A stretch of 54,118 nt of DNA, counting the filler, from Basidioascus undulatus (lineage: Eukaryota): assembly GCA_000826855.1 (NCBI GenBank). It is 3 parts of 3 records of this genome, joined end to end, with 100 filler letters (N's around TTAATTAATTAA, not from the genome) between each part and the next. Parts side by side here need not be neighbours in the genome. Positions count along the whole stretch, not along the records: positions 1 to 17,992 come from JTLS01000496.1; positions 18,093 to 36,082 come from JTLS01000497.1; 1 more part is not named here. One strand, given 5' to 3'. The number at the start of each line of letters is the position of its first letter. The stretch's first letter is position 1. The translations under genes were made by a program, and so were the position numbers. The notes under the pieces were generated by a model. The model made no database searches and had not been told where the DNA came from. It saw nothing but the letters and a program-made list of their open reading frames with translations. Below are positions 12,333 through 23,351 of this stretch, one piece after another.

Positions 12333-13355
12333 CTACTCAACCACCTCCATCGCCCCCTCCCCCTCTGCCTTCCCAGCCTCAGCCTCGTTCTTCCCCGGCT
12401 CTCTGCGGGCGAGCGTGTTCTGCGCGTGCAGCTTGAGCGTCCCGAACGGGTCTTTGGCGAACGACGGGTGGGCGAGGATGAGCGGCAGACGGGCACGTTC
12501 GGTCTTGCTGCTCTCGTTCCATTCTCATTCAGCAATGACGACGAAAGCGAAGAAGAGAGGAAGCGGGAAAGGAGGAGGGAGAAGGAGGATGGAAGTGGAG
12601 GAAGAAACCAACGCACAGTGCCTTCGCCTTCGCCTTCTCGCTCAGCGGCCGGCCCTTGCCCTCCCCTATCCGTCCGCCGTCCGCCCTCACTTCCCCCTTT
12701 CCCTTCGCGTTCCCCGCAGGCTTCTTCCCCTCCTCGACCGACGCAGACGCAGACGCGGGGACAGGTGGAGGAACAGCGAGCGCCTCCACCGCCTTCCCCA
12801 CGTCCGCCAGGTCCGTGACGAGCTCTTGTGCCGCCTTGCGCTTTAGCCGGCGCGCGTGGGACTTGCTGTATGGCTGAGGGTTTTGAGATTCGAGTCCTGC
12901 CGCGCCCGGTTGGAGTGAGCTCGCCGGGGGAGAGAGGGGGAGGGAAGAGCAAGGAGAAGGTGGAAGGATGAAGGGGGGAGGGGAGAGGGACGAACGGTTC
13001 ATCAGCGCATCATGCTTGGCCTCCCTCCGCTCCTTCTTCGACAGCGGCTGGGGCGCCTCGCCTTTCGCAAGCTGCTGGAGGACTTCGGTCGCCTATTCGT
13101 CCCTCTCCTCAGTACCATCCTCTTTCCCCCCGCTTTGGAGAAAAGAGACGCACAGAAACCCCGCTCAAAGACCCCACGTCCACGTGCTCCACCGCGTTAT
13201 CCTGCACTGCGAATGCCCGCGTGGAGGAGGTGGACGTCGAGGAGGAGGGGAGCGCGGCGGCTTTGGTGTGCCCCGTTGAGCGGCGGCGGGTCGCTTTCGG
13301 CTGCGGGAGGGGGTGAGCGTGGGCTTTGCGAGCTGTACTTGGGATTACGCACCAT
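12333..13355 (-). CDS. SLX9: Ribosome biogenesis protein SLX9/FAM207A family
   Basis: ATG, then an intron at 13352-13301, then PKATRRRSTGH...LSKKERREAKHDALMNRL...PYSKSHARRLKRKAAQELVTDL...KTERARLPLILAHPSFAKDPFGTLKLHAQNTL...*. The C-terminal motif matches the SLX9 domain. Confidence 0.8.
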
Positions 13356-14218
13356 CTTTTTATGTAGACTGCACGGATCGAGGTGGATTTTATTGTGGTT
13401 ATGGGAGGTGGGAAGACGGTGCTGAACGGCGGCAACATTTCGCTTGGTCGCGGTCACGTGCGCTTCCTCGCAGGAGGAACGCCAAACCCGCCCGACCTTC
13501 TTCTCTTCCTTCTTCCTCCCGACCCTCAGCGTTGGGCGTGCCCTCAAACGCGCCCCCTATGCACAGCTTTCCAAAAACCCGATCAATCAACTGCTATACC
13601 AACCTTCAAAATCGAACAATCGCTCCGCACTAACCCCCTCACTCGCTCTCGTTCACTCGTCGTCGAGCCCTGAAACGCCAAGCTCGCCGACCGACCTGCC
13701 TCCGCTCGTTTCGCTCGCACGCCGTCGTCGCGTTTCGCTGGTCCTTTCTCGAGATACGACGTTCGAACTTCTGATTGCTGTTCCGTGCTCGTCCCTTCAG
13801 CTCGATCACAGGCTCGCAGCCACCGAGCGTATAGCAATGCACAGTGCAGATAATGGCATGTCCAGATGCACTTAACTTGGTACTTTTTGGGGATGTTCCG
13901 AATAGGCGGCTATGGAAGGCCTCGCGTGACGCGACGTTGTGAAAAGGTTGGTCTGTTTCTGCATTCGATTGACTACCTGCCGACGAGTCGCGTACTCCAG
14001 CCGTATCATACGGAAGTCCAATTATCTCATCTTAGCTTGCATGGTGCGTTTCGTTTCTTCTGAAGTGTTGCGATAATTTACCTGCGATGCCAACCGGCGG
14101 GCAGCTCATCGGCAGGGCTCGTACACAGCGCGACCACCAGGCGGCATGGCATTGCGAAAGCAGACAGTCTTAACACATCACCTTCATGCAACTCCTCTTC
14201 ATGAGCGCCCCTAGAGAA

Positions 14219-14224
14219 TATAAG
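14219..14224 (+). promoter_or_regulatory. TATA-like box upstream of the peroxygenase pseudogene
   Basis: TATAAG lies about 55 nt upstream of the mutated start and is followed by a CT-rich leader. Confidence 0.35.
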
Positions 14225-14274
14225 ACACCCAGCTGTTTCTCATCCCAACTTCATCTCCTCAACCAACGCCCGTC

Positions 14275-16300
14275 ATAGTCCGCTTTGCCGCCACCGCCCT
14301 CCTCACCACCGCATTCGGCGCCTCCGCCCTCCCCTCCTTCAGGGACGTTGACTTGTCCAACTTCGACAAGGCGCTAGACGACATCCTCCCCAACATCGAC
14401 ACGGCGACCCTGCACAAGGCCCGCGACATTAAGCGGGCTACGTTCTCCGAGGACCAACTCCTCGATGTGACGGGCACTAATGCGTGGGCTGCTCGTGAGT
14501 TACCGCGCTTGGCTTGGTGTGAGGTTGAAAGATTGACACACTTGCACTTCAGCCACGGAGGTTCAGACTCGTGGTCCTTGCCCTCGTCTCAGTGAGTCGT
14601 CCGCTCGTTGTCATGCTCAACCACTGCGTTTCTTGAATAGTCATCTTCCGCAGACGCCCTCGCCAACCATGGCTACTTCGACCGCTCGGAAAACGTAAGT
14701 CAGGTCCTCTATGTCCCAATGGCTGTGAAACTAACCTTTCCACCTTTCAGGCGGACCTCGTGGAGTCTATCGACGCGCTCAATAGGGTGTTCAACATGGG
14801 CGTTGACGTTCGTCTACCGTTCTTCCTCATCCGGAGATACCGTCTGACATCCCTTTTTTGCAGACGGCTACCTTCCTCGTAGCCTGCTCGTGAATCACCA
14901 ATCCTCTCAACCTCCTCTTCAGAGTCTCACCATCCATTTTATCCAGGATCGCCATCATCGGCGACCCCATCGCCCTGACGTGGTCCATCGGCGCCTCGCC
15001 GGGCGACTCTACGCTCCTGCCCGGCGTCCTCTCCCCGCCTGGAGTGGTCGACCAGTCGCACGATGCCTACGAGTCAGACGCCTCCGTCACCCGCGGCGAC
15101 TCGTACCTCCACGACGGCGATGTCTAGTCTGTCCAGATCGAGACGTTCAAGAGGCTCTACGCGCTGCAGGATGGGGTTGAGGACCCTGACTACGTACGTA
15201 ACTTCTGTCTCTTTTGCGTTCAGAGGTGTGGTCTGAGTTGAGTCTTGGGCGTGGCGCTAGAACCACGACATCCTCACCCAGCACAGGAAGACGACGATCG
15301 ACTACAGCATCCTGAACAACCCGCAGTTCTTCTACTCGGCTTTCCCCGGCTTGGTCGTGGCCACTGCTGCACACAACTTTATCCCTACCTTTTTCTCGTA
15401 AGCTCCACTCTCTTGCATTGTGGTCCCGTATTGCTCTGATGATACCGGGATTGCAGGAACCACTCGGCTGAGCGCCCCGAGGGCTGGCCGGACCAGGCTA
15501 ACCTGAAGGTACGCTTGCCGCAATCTGTTTATCCAAGGGACCAGACCTTCTCAATTCTTAATTTCCTGTGAAGTCCTTCTTCGACGTCACTGGAGACTCT
15601 ATTGACCAGCCCAGTGGATTCCTGGCCACGAGCGCATCCGTAAGTAAACCCATTGACTTGACCTTCGCCACGCATGCTGACGCATGGTACACCTGCAGCC
15701 GACAACTGGTGTACGTCGTGCTTTTACTCTTGTCTTATGGTTTTCTACTGATAAGCTTCTATTTCAGACCACCGTCCTGAGCCCGTACACCCTCGTCGAC
15801 GCCGTCACCGAGGTGCTCGCTATCGTCGGCAAGGTTCCCGAGGCGGGCAAGGTCGGCAGCAACACGGGCAAAGTCAACTCCTTCGTAGGGAACGCCAAGG
15901 TTCTCGAATATCCTTCCCGTTCCCCCACACCCATGCTGGCTGCCGCTCACACAGCGTCGACGTGGCCGACCTTTCCGGGCGCTGTGGTAAGCGCTGCAGC
16001 TCTCGTTCAAAACCCTCTTGGTATTCATGCTCACTAACTCCTATGGTGCGCCTGCAGTTCAACGCCGCAAACCTCATCCAGGGAAACAACCTCCTGTGCT
16101 TCGCCTACGCCGCTGCGCGTGCGGGTGCGGATGCACTCAACTTTTTGGACGACAAGCTTTCAGGCATCGTACGTGATCTCTTTCTATCTTTTGAGTACTT
16201 CGGAAAGGGTATCAGGACTGAATGAATGAACCGACACTGCAACCGGCCATGTATAGCTAGCTCCCCGAGCTCGGCTGCCCCAAGACCGACAAGTGGTACC
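14275..16300 (+). pseudogene. Secreted heme-thiolate peroxidase / unspecific peroxygenase (chloroperoxidase family), disrupted
   Basis: Recognisable parts are the signal peptide (I)VRFAATALLTTAFGASALP, the heme motif RGPCPRLNALANHGY, SHDAYESDASVTRGD, NNPQFFY, PGHERIPDNW, NTGKVNSF and GNNLLCF. Lesions are an ATA start codon (14275), an in-frame TAG (15125-15127), frameshifts at ~15614 and ~15978, and an intron donor GA at 15890. The 3' end is approximate. Confidence 0.88.
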
Positions 16301-16759
16301 TCAGCTGTGCTGTTTATGGTTACCGGGTTTGTGAAGCATGCTACCTTACCCATTCATACTCGTGAGTGAGCAGCGAGGCAGACAACAACTCCGTTGCGGC
16401 CCCGGACATCAGAACGGTGTCTCGAAGCTCAAAGAGCCTCATTCACTTTGCCAAGCTCGCTCTCCAGTTGGTCTGCATCAAGCTATCCATGGGATCACGT
16501 TCAGAAACTGAAGCGATTCGATTCGACCTATTTATTCAATTCCAGGAGCATGACAAGCGGGTCCGCCCCGACTGAACGCTCGTCTAGTCTCCTCGGAAAG
16601 CCCAAGCAACTGAAGCCCAACAAGCAACTGCACCCAATCACGCCAAGCAGTCCCATTTGCCAGAATATTCATAGCCGGGAATACCTACCGAAGGAAAAGA
16701 ACACTGTGAGTCGAATGCATGCGAGTGAGACATCAGGTATGCGAAGGTTTGAGGGCTAA

Positions 16760-17482
16760 CCTTCTGCACTTCGCGGGCTGCACTTTGTCAGGCCGTTGCT
16801 CCCATTTTTTTTTCTTGGGAGCGAGGAGTGAGCCTGGATGCGGAAGAGGAAGGCAAATTTGCTTGTGAGAAAGAGAGAGAGAGGGACAGGCGGGAGAGGG
16901 GGGAGGAGGCAGAGGAGGAGGGAGGATGTCGCGCACGTGGCGAGGGTTGGCGTCATGGGAGTGAGAGTGAGAGTGAGTGATGAGGGCGACGGCTGCAATG
17001 AACGATTCGGCAACAGCAACAAGAGCATCGGAACATGTGATGAGAAAGACATGGAAGGGGAAAAGAAAGAAGGTTGTATTTTGTTTGTATTGCCAAGGCA
17101 AAAAAAGCGAAGGCTGCAAGGCAAGCAGCTGGAAGGTGGACCCTGACCTGCCTGGGAGAGTCCGAGCGAAGGCCCGAAGGAGCGCGAGCCGAGCAGCCCG
17201 CCCCCGCGCGCGCTCCCCCGCCTTCTCGTCGTCGTCGTTGGCCGCCTCTCTTTCATCGCGGATCCCCATCTTATCGGTGAGTACACGATATTTGGTGGAG
17301 TGTACTGGGAGAGAGGGCGGAGGAGGAAGACCGGAGATGGTTAGTCTGGCTGGCCAGACGCGCAGCGCTGCGAGGCTGCGATGCTGCTCCACTAGCAGCA
17401 GCCGTCGCCCGCTCGTTCGCTCGGACGGTTGTCGGCTCGTCGCGGCTGTTGACCTCGACCTTCTCCACCTCCTCCTCGACAT
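16760..17482 (-). other. Possible spliced transcript without a recognisable protein
   Basis: The minus strand shows a CTAAC branch (17344-17340), a pyrimidine tract and CAG (17307-17305). There is also a donor GTCAGG at 17147 and a CTGAC...CAG acceptor near 16790-16764. Confidence 0.3.
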
Positions 17483-17977
17483 CTTGCTCTCTCCTCTGCC
17501 GCCCGCCCGCTGCCTCGATTGTCTGCTGATTTCCAGCGCCGAAGGAAAGGAGAGGATTCAGAGGGCCCCCCGGACCGGAGGCTCGAAGGTCGAAGGTTAG
17601 AACGTTCGCGGCGTAGGGTCATATCGAGAGGTTTCGCCGAGTCCCGCTCGCCTCGCAGTCTCAGCTTCGCATCGGTGCGTCCCATTCATCGGATCGCACA
17701 GACATATTCCTCTCGCGGTTCTTTGGAGGGTGCGTTGGAGCAACATAACGGCGCTGTATTGGGCGTTAGGTGTTGAGATCAGCTTGATCCCAGAGGGAGG
17801 CGGGTCGCCCTTTGTTCCTATACTAGCGGGCGAGCGAACGGCATCGGTCCGCTCACCACACGCTCCGCGCTGCCCCCCTTCTCCTCCTCGCGCTCCCTCT
17901 CTGGCGGCCACCATCTCTCATCCCAATTCCCACTCACCCTTCCACACTCCCTCCCACCACTTTTTATATCCACTAAA

Positions 17978-17992
17978 ATGCCTCCTCTCGGT
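17978..17992 (+). CDS. Probable gene start (MPPL..) truncated by the contig end
   Basis: A CT-rich leader is followed by AAAATG in good context immediately before the spacer. Confidence 0.35.
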
Positions 17993-18092
17993 NNNNNNNN
18001 NNNNNNNNNNNNNNNNNNNNNNNNNNNNNNNNNNNNTTAATTAATTAANNNNNNNNNNNNNNNNNNNNNNNNNNNNNNNNNNNNNNNNNNNN
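17993..18092. other. Artificial contig spacer (44 N + TTAATTAATTAA + 44 N)
   Basis: It is exactly 100 nt long. The core gives stop codons in all six frames, and an identical copy is at 36083. Confidence 0.98.
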
Positions 18093-19232
18093 GAAGTCAC
18101 TCCCCTGCACGGTTCACTCAGCTTGCATCGACGGCGAAGCGAGGAACCGACATATCCCACTATAATCTTCAATAATGCTATGGGTAATGCCTTTTGACTT
18201 AGGATTCAAGAACAAGAAGTGAAGACGAGGCCAAACTGCTCGAATGGGCTGGGTGGACACGACATGCGGGCTTCTTCACGGGGCGGAAGAAATTTTTGAG
18301 AAGCCTGGGGAAATTAAATGACTTGCTCATCGAGCACAGGAGACTGGAACTAGTTTAAGTGGGGCTGTCGAAATAAGGCGGGTCCAGTACGAGAGTCCGG
18401 TTCCGACTGAGCGGCTAGATGGCAAGTCACTTGCAAGCGCCACTCTTCCCAGCCGTGAGGAAATAGCAAATCACAGACGTATGAAAAGTGCGTTGGCTAT
18501 ACTCACGTCTTTTGGGTCTATATTGCGGAACAGGCCGTTAGCCGTGATGCGGCAAAACCTGTGAAAGTCCCCAAATGGAACCACGCAGAAGTTGGCCAGC
18601 GCCGTTATGGAACTGGGATGGGTGTCTGGACGAAGCTTTAATTCCTCAAGAAGAACAGACCGCCACCGGGGCTTCATCCTGTGTTCATTGGCTGGATGCA
18701 CAGGCCTGCCTTGCAGTCTTGCACTAGGGCTTTCGTGCTCCTCAGTCAATGGCTGCTTGATGACTGGCATGGAGATCGATATTACAGCCGACTGAAGTTT
18801 ACAGGGTCGGATGTGGTTTCAGTCTGGGTGTTCCGTGGGTCAGTAAATCTCTGACCGTAGCCGCTCTCCAGACCGGGATGCTGTTGGGGTGCAGCTGCGG
18901 GCAGCGCAGAAACCTCATTCTGTTGATTGGATACAGAAGGATGCAGCATCCTTCATATCTTTTGGCATGCTCTTACCTCGACTATTAAGAGTCCTGCGAA
19001 GGTTCTTTGTTGGGGGGGCACCCGATTGCCAAGGATCCAAAATTTGTTACAGTGTGAAAACATCAAGCATAGCCGGCCACCTCGGCAGTTGAGCCAAACT
19101 TTTTGCTGAACTATGATAACCTAAGGAAAATAGAGTATTATGTGTCACTCTCTAGCTGCGCTCGGTGGAGCAAGGTGGAATGCCTGAAAGTCTGTTCCAA
19201 TAACAATGCACGTAATGGAAAACTTGAGGAAG

Positions 19233-19304
19233 AGCTTGATGGCGCAGGGGAAGCGCGGTGGGCTCATAACCCACAGGTCTCTGGATCGAAACCAGATCAA
19301 GCTA
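19233..19304 (+). tRNA. Initiator tRNA-Met (CAT), intronless
   Basis: The acceptor stem is AGCTTGA/TCAAGCT (A1-U72) and the anticodon CAT is at 19265-19267. The anticodon stem has three G-C pairs (GGG/CCC) and the T-arm reads GGATCGAAACC (A54/A60). All are eukaryotic initiator hallmarks. Confidence 0.97.
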
Positions 19305-19733
19305 CCTTTGTCCTTGACTTAATCTTGACATGACTTCATTTTGCTTCCCGCCGGGGGCGCATCAATTTAACACACTAGTTTGTCTGACTTCAATATCTGA
19401 CGCCGCATGGCAGAGTCACACTGACTGTCGCGAGTATACAACTCTGTCGTCGTAGTCACCTTGACCACCCTTCCGCTTGTTTGGGTGAGCCCCGGAAGGC
19501 TGACCGACTGTTACCGACCGACTGGAAGAACTATTCTCGGGAGCAACTGGCTGCAGGGAGCTGCAACGCCAAGGCCACGCGTCGACCCAGCTATGTACTC
19601 ATATTCATGCTTTCGGCTTCGCCCGCAAGCGCAATGATTCTCGCTTTGACTTGCTCGACTCATCCTGCCTGCTTGCCTTGCACTCGCACCACTTCCTCGC
19701 CGATCCCATTCGTCTCTGCTACACCGTGTCTGC

Positions 19734-22700
19734 ATGCCACCGAATCATGCGACTGTCCTTCGGGTGCGATCTACGGAACATGTTTTGTGGTATGGGACGG
19801 GCACTGACCCGACCGACCGTCTTCCAACGTCTTCTCAGCGCGGCGCGGCTTGCTCGGTACGTGTTTGATGGAGGTGGAACCGCGGACCCAGTTGCTCAAT
19901 GATTCAATGCAACTTTAGGCATGCAGAGATAAAAAGCTGGCAAGATGTTTTTACATATTCCGGCAGCCCATTGATCCGTTGCGTCACGGTCTGACAGCCA
20001 CACTTATACCACAACGCTCAGAAGTGCGACGCTCGCACGCCGACGTGCTCCAACTGCCTCAAGGCACTGGATCGAGTGTGCTTCTATGATGTTTCTAAGC
20101 GCAGCAAGGTCGCTCAGCTCGAGTACCAGATCGGTGCGTGCTGTTCCGCGCATGACTGCTCCTTCACATCGACTCAAGCACGCGACGAGTCACAGCCCAG
20201 CTCGAGAGAGCCCTCGCGGAGGCCACACTGGAGGACCCAGTCCTACAGCCGCAAAGACCGGTCCCCTGGCCGCCCATGCATCTGGCGTACGCCCCAGCGC
20301 ATGCGGAGGGCCAAACGACACGTTCTTCCGATCTGACGGGTGAGTCAGTTCGGCGACGCAATCGAGGCCTGTCTGGTAGCTAAAGCATGGATTGGATATG
20401 AGGACAGACTTCTCTACAATGAGCCTGAGCGGAAGTGAACCTGCAGGGGCGGGGAGCACGTCCTCAGGTGTGCGAGACGCCTGGAAGACGCGTGAACCAG
20501 CCACTGACCCCGGCCCACAGGCACAGTATACTCCTCCGCGCCTCCGCCCGGCCCTCCATTGGAACACTCGCACTCCAGAACCCCTCTGCCGTCCCCGTAC
20601 CACTTGACGACCCCGCCCTTGCACCACGTTTCGACGACGTCCACTCCTCGCTCAGCGCTGTCTTCGGCGCATCATACACCCTCAGCGCCTTTGCTTCGAG
20701 CCCGCATCTCTCCGCCTTTCTTCGATGATCATCTCGCCGCTCCCCCATTACCTCAGCCGCCGTCGAGCGAGCTGAGCCGTGATCGCACGCGCCATCTCTT
20801 CGACGCGCCACCTTATGCAGGCCGCCGCATCGGCTGGGGCAACCCGGGCGAGTTCGAGCTGGACCTGCCAGACGACGAGTTACCAAAAGACATGGCGACT
20901 CATCTGTTTGTCTGCCGGTCCAATCCTGCGATGGCGTGACACGCTAACCTGGCTACCGGCGGCGCAGCTACTCCGTCTTCTTTTCTCGCCTCCTCATCTC
21001 CGGAGTCCTTCACCCCCCCACGCTCTACACATCGCTCCACCTTCCCTCGAACCACCCTCAACGACCTCATCCTTCCCTCCTCTTCGCCGTCTATGCCTGT
21101 GCAGCTCGGCTCAGCCCAGACCCGAGCATCCCTCCGCTCCAAGACGCTTTCTTGGCGAGAGCTTTGGAATACGTCGGCAGAGCAATAGGGACCGGCGAGA
21201 AGCCGCTGAACGTGCTTCAGGCTTATTCGGTCCTCTCGGTGGGTTGCGCCTGATCGCTTTGACGCATCGCCAGGCCGGGCGCTGACACGCTCGCTTCACT
21301 CGCAGGTCAACGCTTACGGCCGCTCGCAGATCAGCTCGGCTTGGGCCTAGTGCGTTACATAGTTCGGAAACGAGTACGCGGATTTTGATGAGTGCCATTT
21401 CGCAGCAATGGCGCGGGCATCAAGTTAGCGGTCAGGTGAAGTCGGCTCGCTGTGGACCCCACCAGGGCTACCGCATTCTGACTCGCCATTATCCGCCAGT
21501 CTTGGACTGCATCGTCTCACCGCGGCCAAGCTCGCCGCTGCGCAGCGGGATCCTCATTTCAGCGCCGATCGGATGCGCTCGATAGGCTTCGGAGCGCCGG
21601 GCCAGAAGGTCGTCCTCATGAAGACGCCGTCTGACCCTCGAGATCAAGCTCTGGGTAAGCCGGGCTCAGACAAAATCGATTGCAGAAGGAAGTTGATGCG
21701 GATAACGCTTCCCAGCATTGGCTTGCTTTTGGGGCTTCTACTGCGCTGAGCGGTCGGGCAGCATCGTGTGCATGTGGCCGGTTGGGATCGAGGAGCACGA
21801 GATCTCGACGTGCTTTTGGGTGCCGGGGATGGATGTGCGTTTGTTCTTGATCTTCCTTGCAATTCACCGAGCTTACAGTCTGACTGGTCCTTCGCAGGGG
21901 ACTTTCGGACCTTCCCCAATTTTCAGGACCTCGACTCTCCAGGACCCGGACATCTTCACCTCGCATCCCCCTTCATACGACTCGCACGCCTTTCTCAGTC
22001 GGTCGCCATCTCCATCCCCTTCCTACATCTGGCGGCATACTGATAGGTTTGCGCGACGCAGTCAAGTCTATCACGCTCTGCGCACGCGCCTCAAGGATCA
22101 ACGACTCGCTCCCGCGCGCGTGTCGCCCGCCGCCGTGCACCGCGGACCTATCCAGCGCTTCTCCATCTGCGCCGCCGGACGGGCTTGCCGAAGAGCGCGA
22201 GCGCCTGCACATCATCCGCCACAGCGCCGAGTTCGCCCAGCTCGACAAGCTCATCGACACGTTCAGGCGCAGCCTGCCGCCGAGGCTGACGAGCCCGCCG
22301 AAAGCGCCATTCGACGGGTGGCCCTTTGCTGAGCCTAGGCGGATTACCGCCTTGACGGGTTCGTCTGTTTTTACTTCCTTCTCCCATCTTCACCCACTTT
22401 TTGGGGCTGATGACATTTGTTCCTCCCGTCAACATAGCAACGTACATGTAAGTCGCAGTACCTATACCATCTGCGTGCAGGGTCCGAACGCTAACCGCTA
22501 TATCCACCCCAGGGCGACGCTGCTATTGCATGAGATCCACGTCGACACGCACCCGGAATCCGCGCGAGCCTGCGCAAGCGCCGCAGCCGCGATCGTCCAA
22601 CTCGTCTCTCAGCTCGCCTCTCCCAAGTTCAACCTCGGCCAGCTGCATATCTACATCAGGTTGTCGGCATTCCCACAGGATTCCGACCCCTCCGCTGACT

Positions 22701-22927
22701 GACGTGTCTGGGACGGTAGCCTCTGCTGGATGCGCGCCGGGCAGCAGACGCTGCGCGTGCTCAAGGATGCACAGCTGGCGGGCGCGCGAGAGCGCGTGGA
22801 GGGCCTCAAGAACGCTGTATTGCTGGTTATTGGAGCTTTGGACCGGTTCGGGGATACTTGGCCTTTTGGAAGGTTCAATAGCCAGGCGCTCGAGAAGGCG
22901 CTTGGTGCGGCGCTGGGCTGGGGATGA
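19734..22927 (+). CDS. Zn(II)2Cys6 fungal transcription factor with fungal-specific middle homology region, many introns
   Basis: The spliced N-terminus MPPNHATVLR|RGAACS|ACRDKKL|KCDARTPTCSNCLKALDRVCFY contains the six Cys. It is followed by a coiled coil SKVAQLEYQI, then RPHPSLLFAVYACAARLS and ERINAFXALACF-like segments. It ends ...EKALGAALGWG*. Confidence 0.88.
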
Positions 22928-23351
22928 ACGCATTTACTTTGGACGAGCTTTTTCGTGCGTGTACGGGTAGTTTGCTGGTTTAACCAATGTGAAAGTTATG
23001 CTCACCCCATCCTGTAAATGTTGCGGGCGGATCACAATGTGTCATGAGAATACGACGCTCGCCGTTGCTCGCCAGCCAACGGATTGTCGATTTAGACTTT
23101 CGTTTGAACGACTTTTGGATGCCCCATTGCCAGGCCTGTATAGTTCGTTTATTCGATAAAGACTAGCTGGAGCAAGAGTACAAGTTAATCGAGTTTTTTA
23201 AATGGCGTTGCGGGTGTGGTTGGCTGCCACAAGAAATTCCCACGAAAGATCGACTTTGCCTTCCCCTGCTCGCCGTCGCCGGCCGTTCGCTTGGACATTC
23301 GCTTGCTCGCCTTCGGTATCGGGCCCGCCACCGCGCTCATCCTCGTCGACG

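Noticed and set aside
14275..15127. Alternative genetic code, non-AUG start or A-to-I repair of the TAG in the peroxygenase
   Set aside because: The same gene also has frameshifts and a broken donor, and intact genes in the window use TAG and TGA as normal stops. Pseudogenisation is the simpler explanation.
16975..17045. Two GTGATGA (C-box-like) motifs suggesting a snoRNA
   Set aside because: They are on the strand opposite the inferred transcript. I saw no suitably spaced D box with a terminal stem and no rRNA guide.
17993..18092. Palindromic TTAATTAATTAA within N runs, repeated at 36083-36182 (could suggest a piggyBac TTAA site or a regular repeat system)
   Set aside because: It is a fixed 100-nt all-frame-stop linker. 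The segments are 17992, 17990 and 17936 nt, consistent with size-sorted contig concatenation, and the second copy cuts SEC9 in mid-gene.
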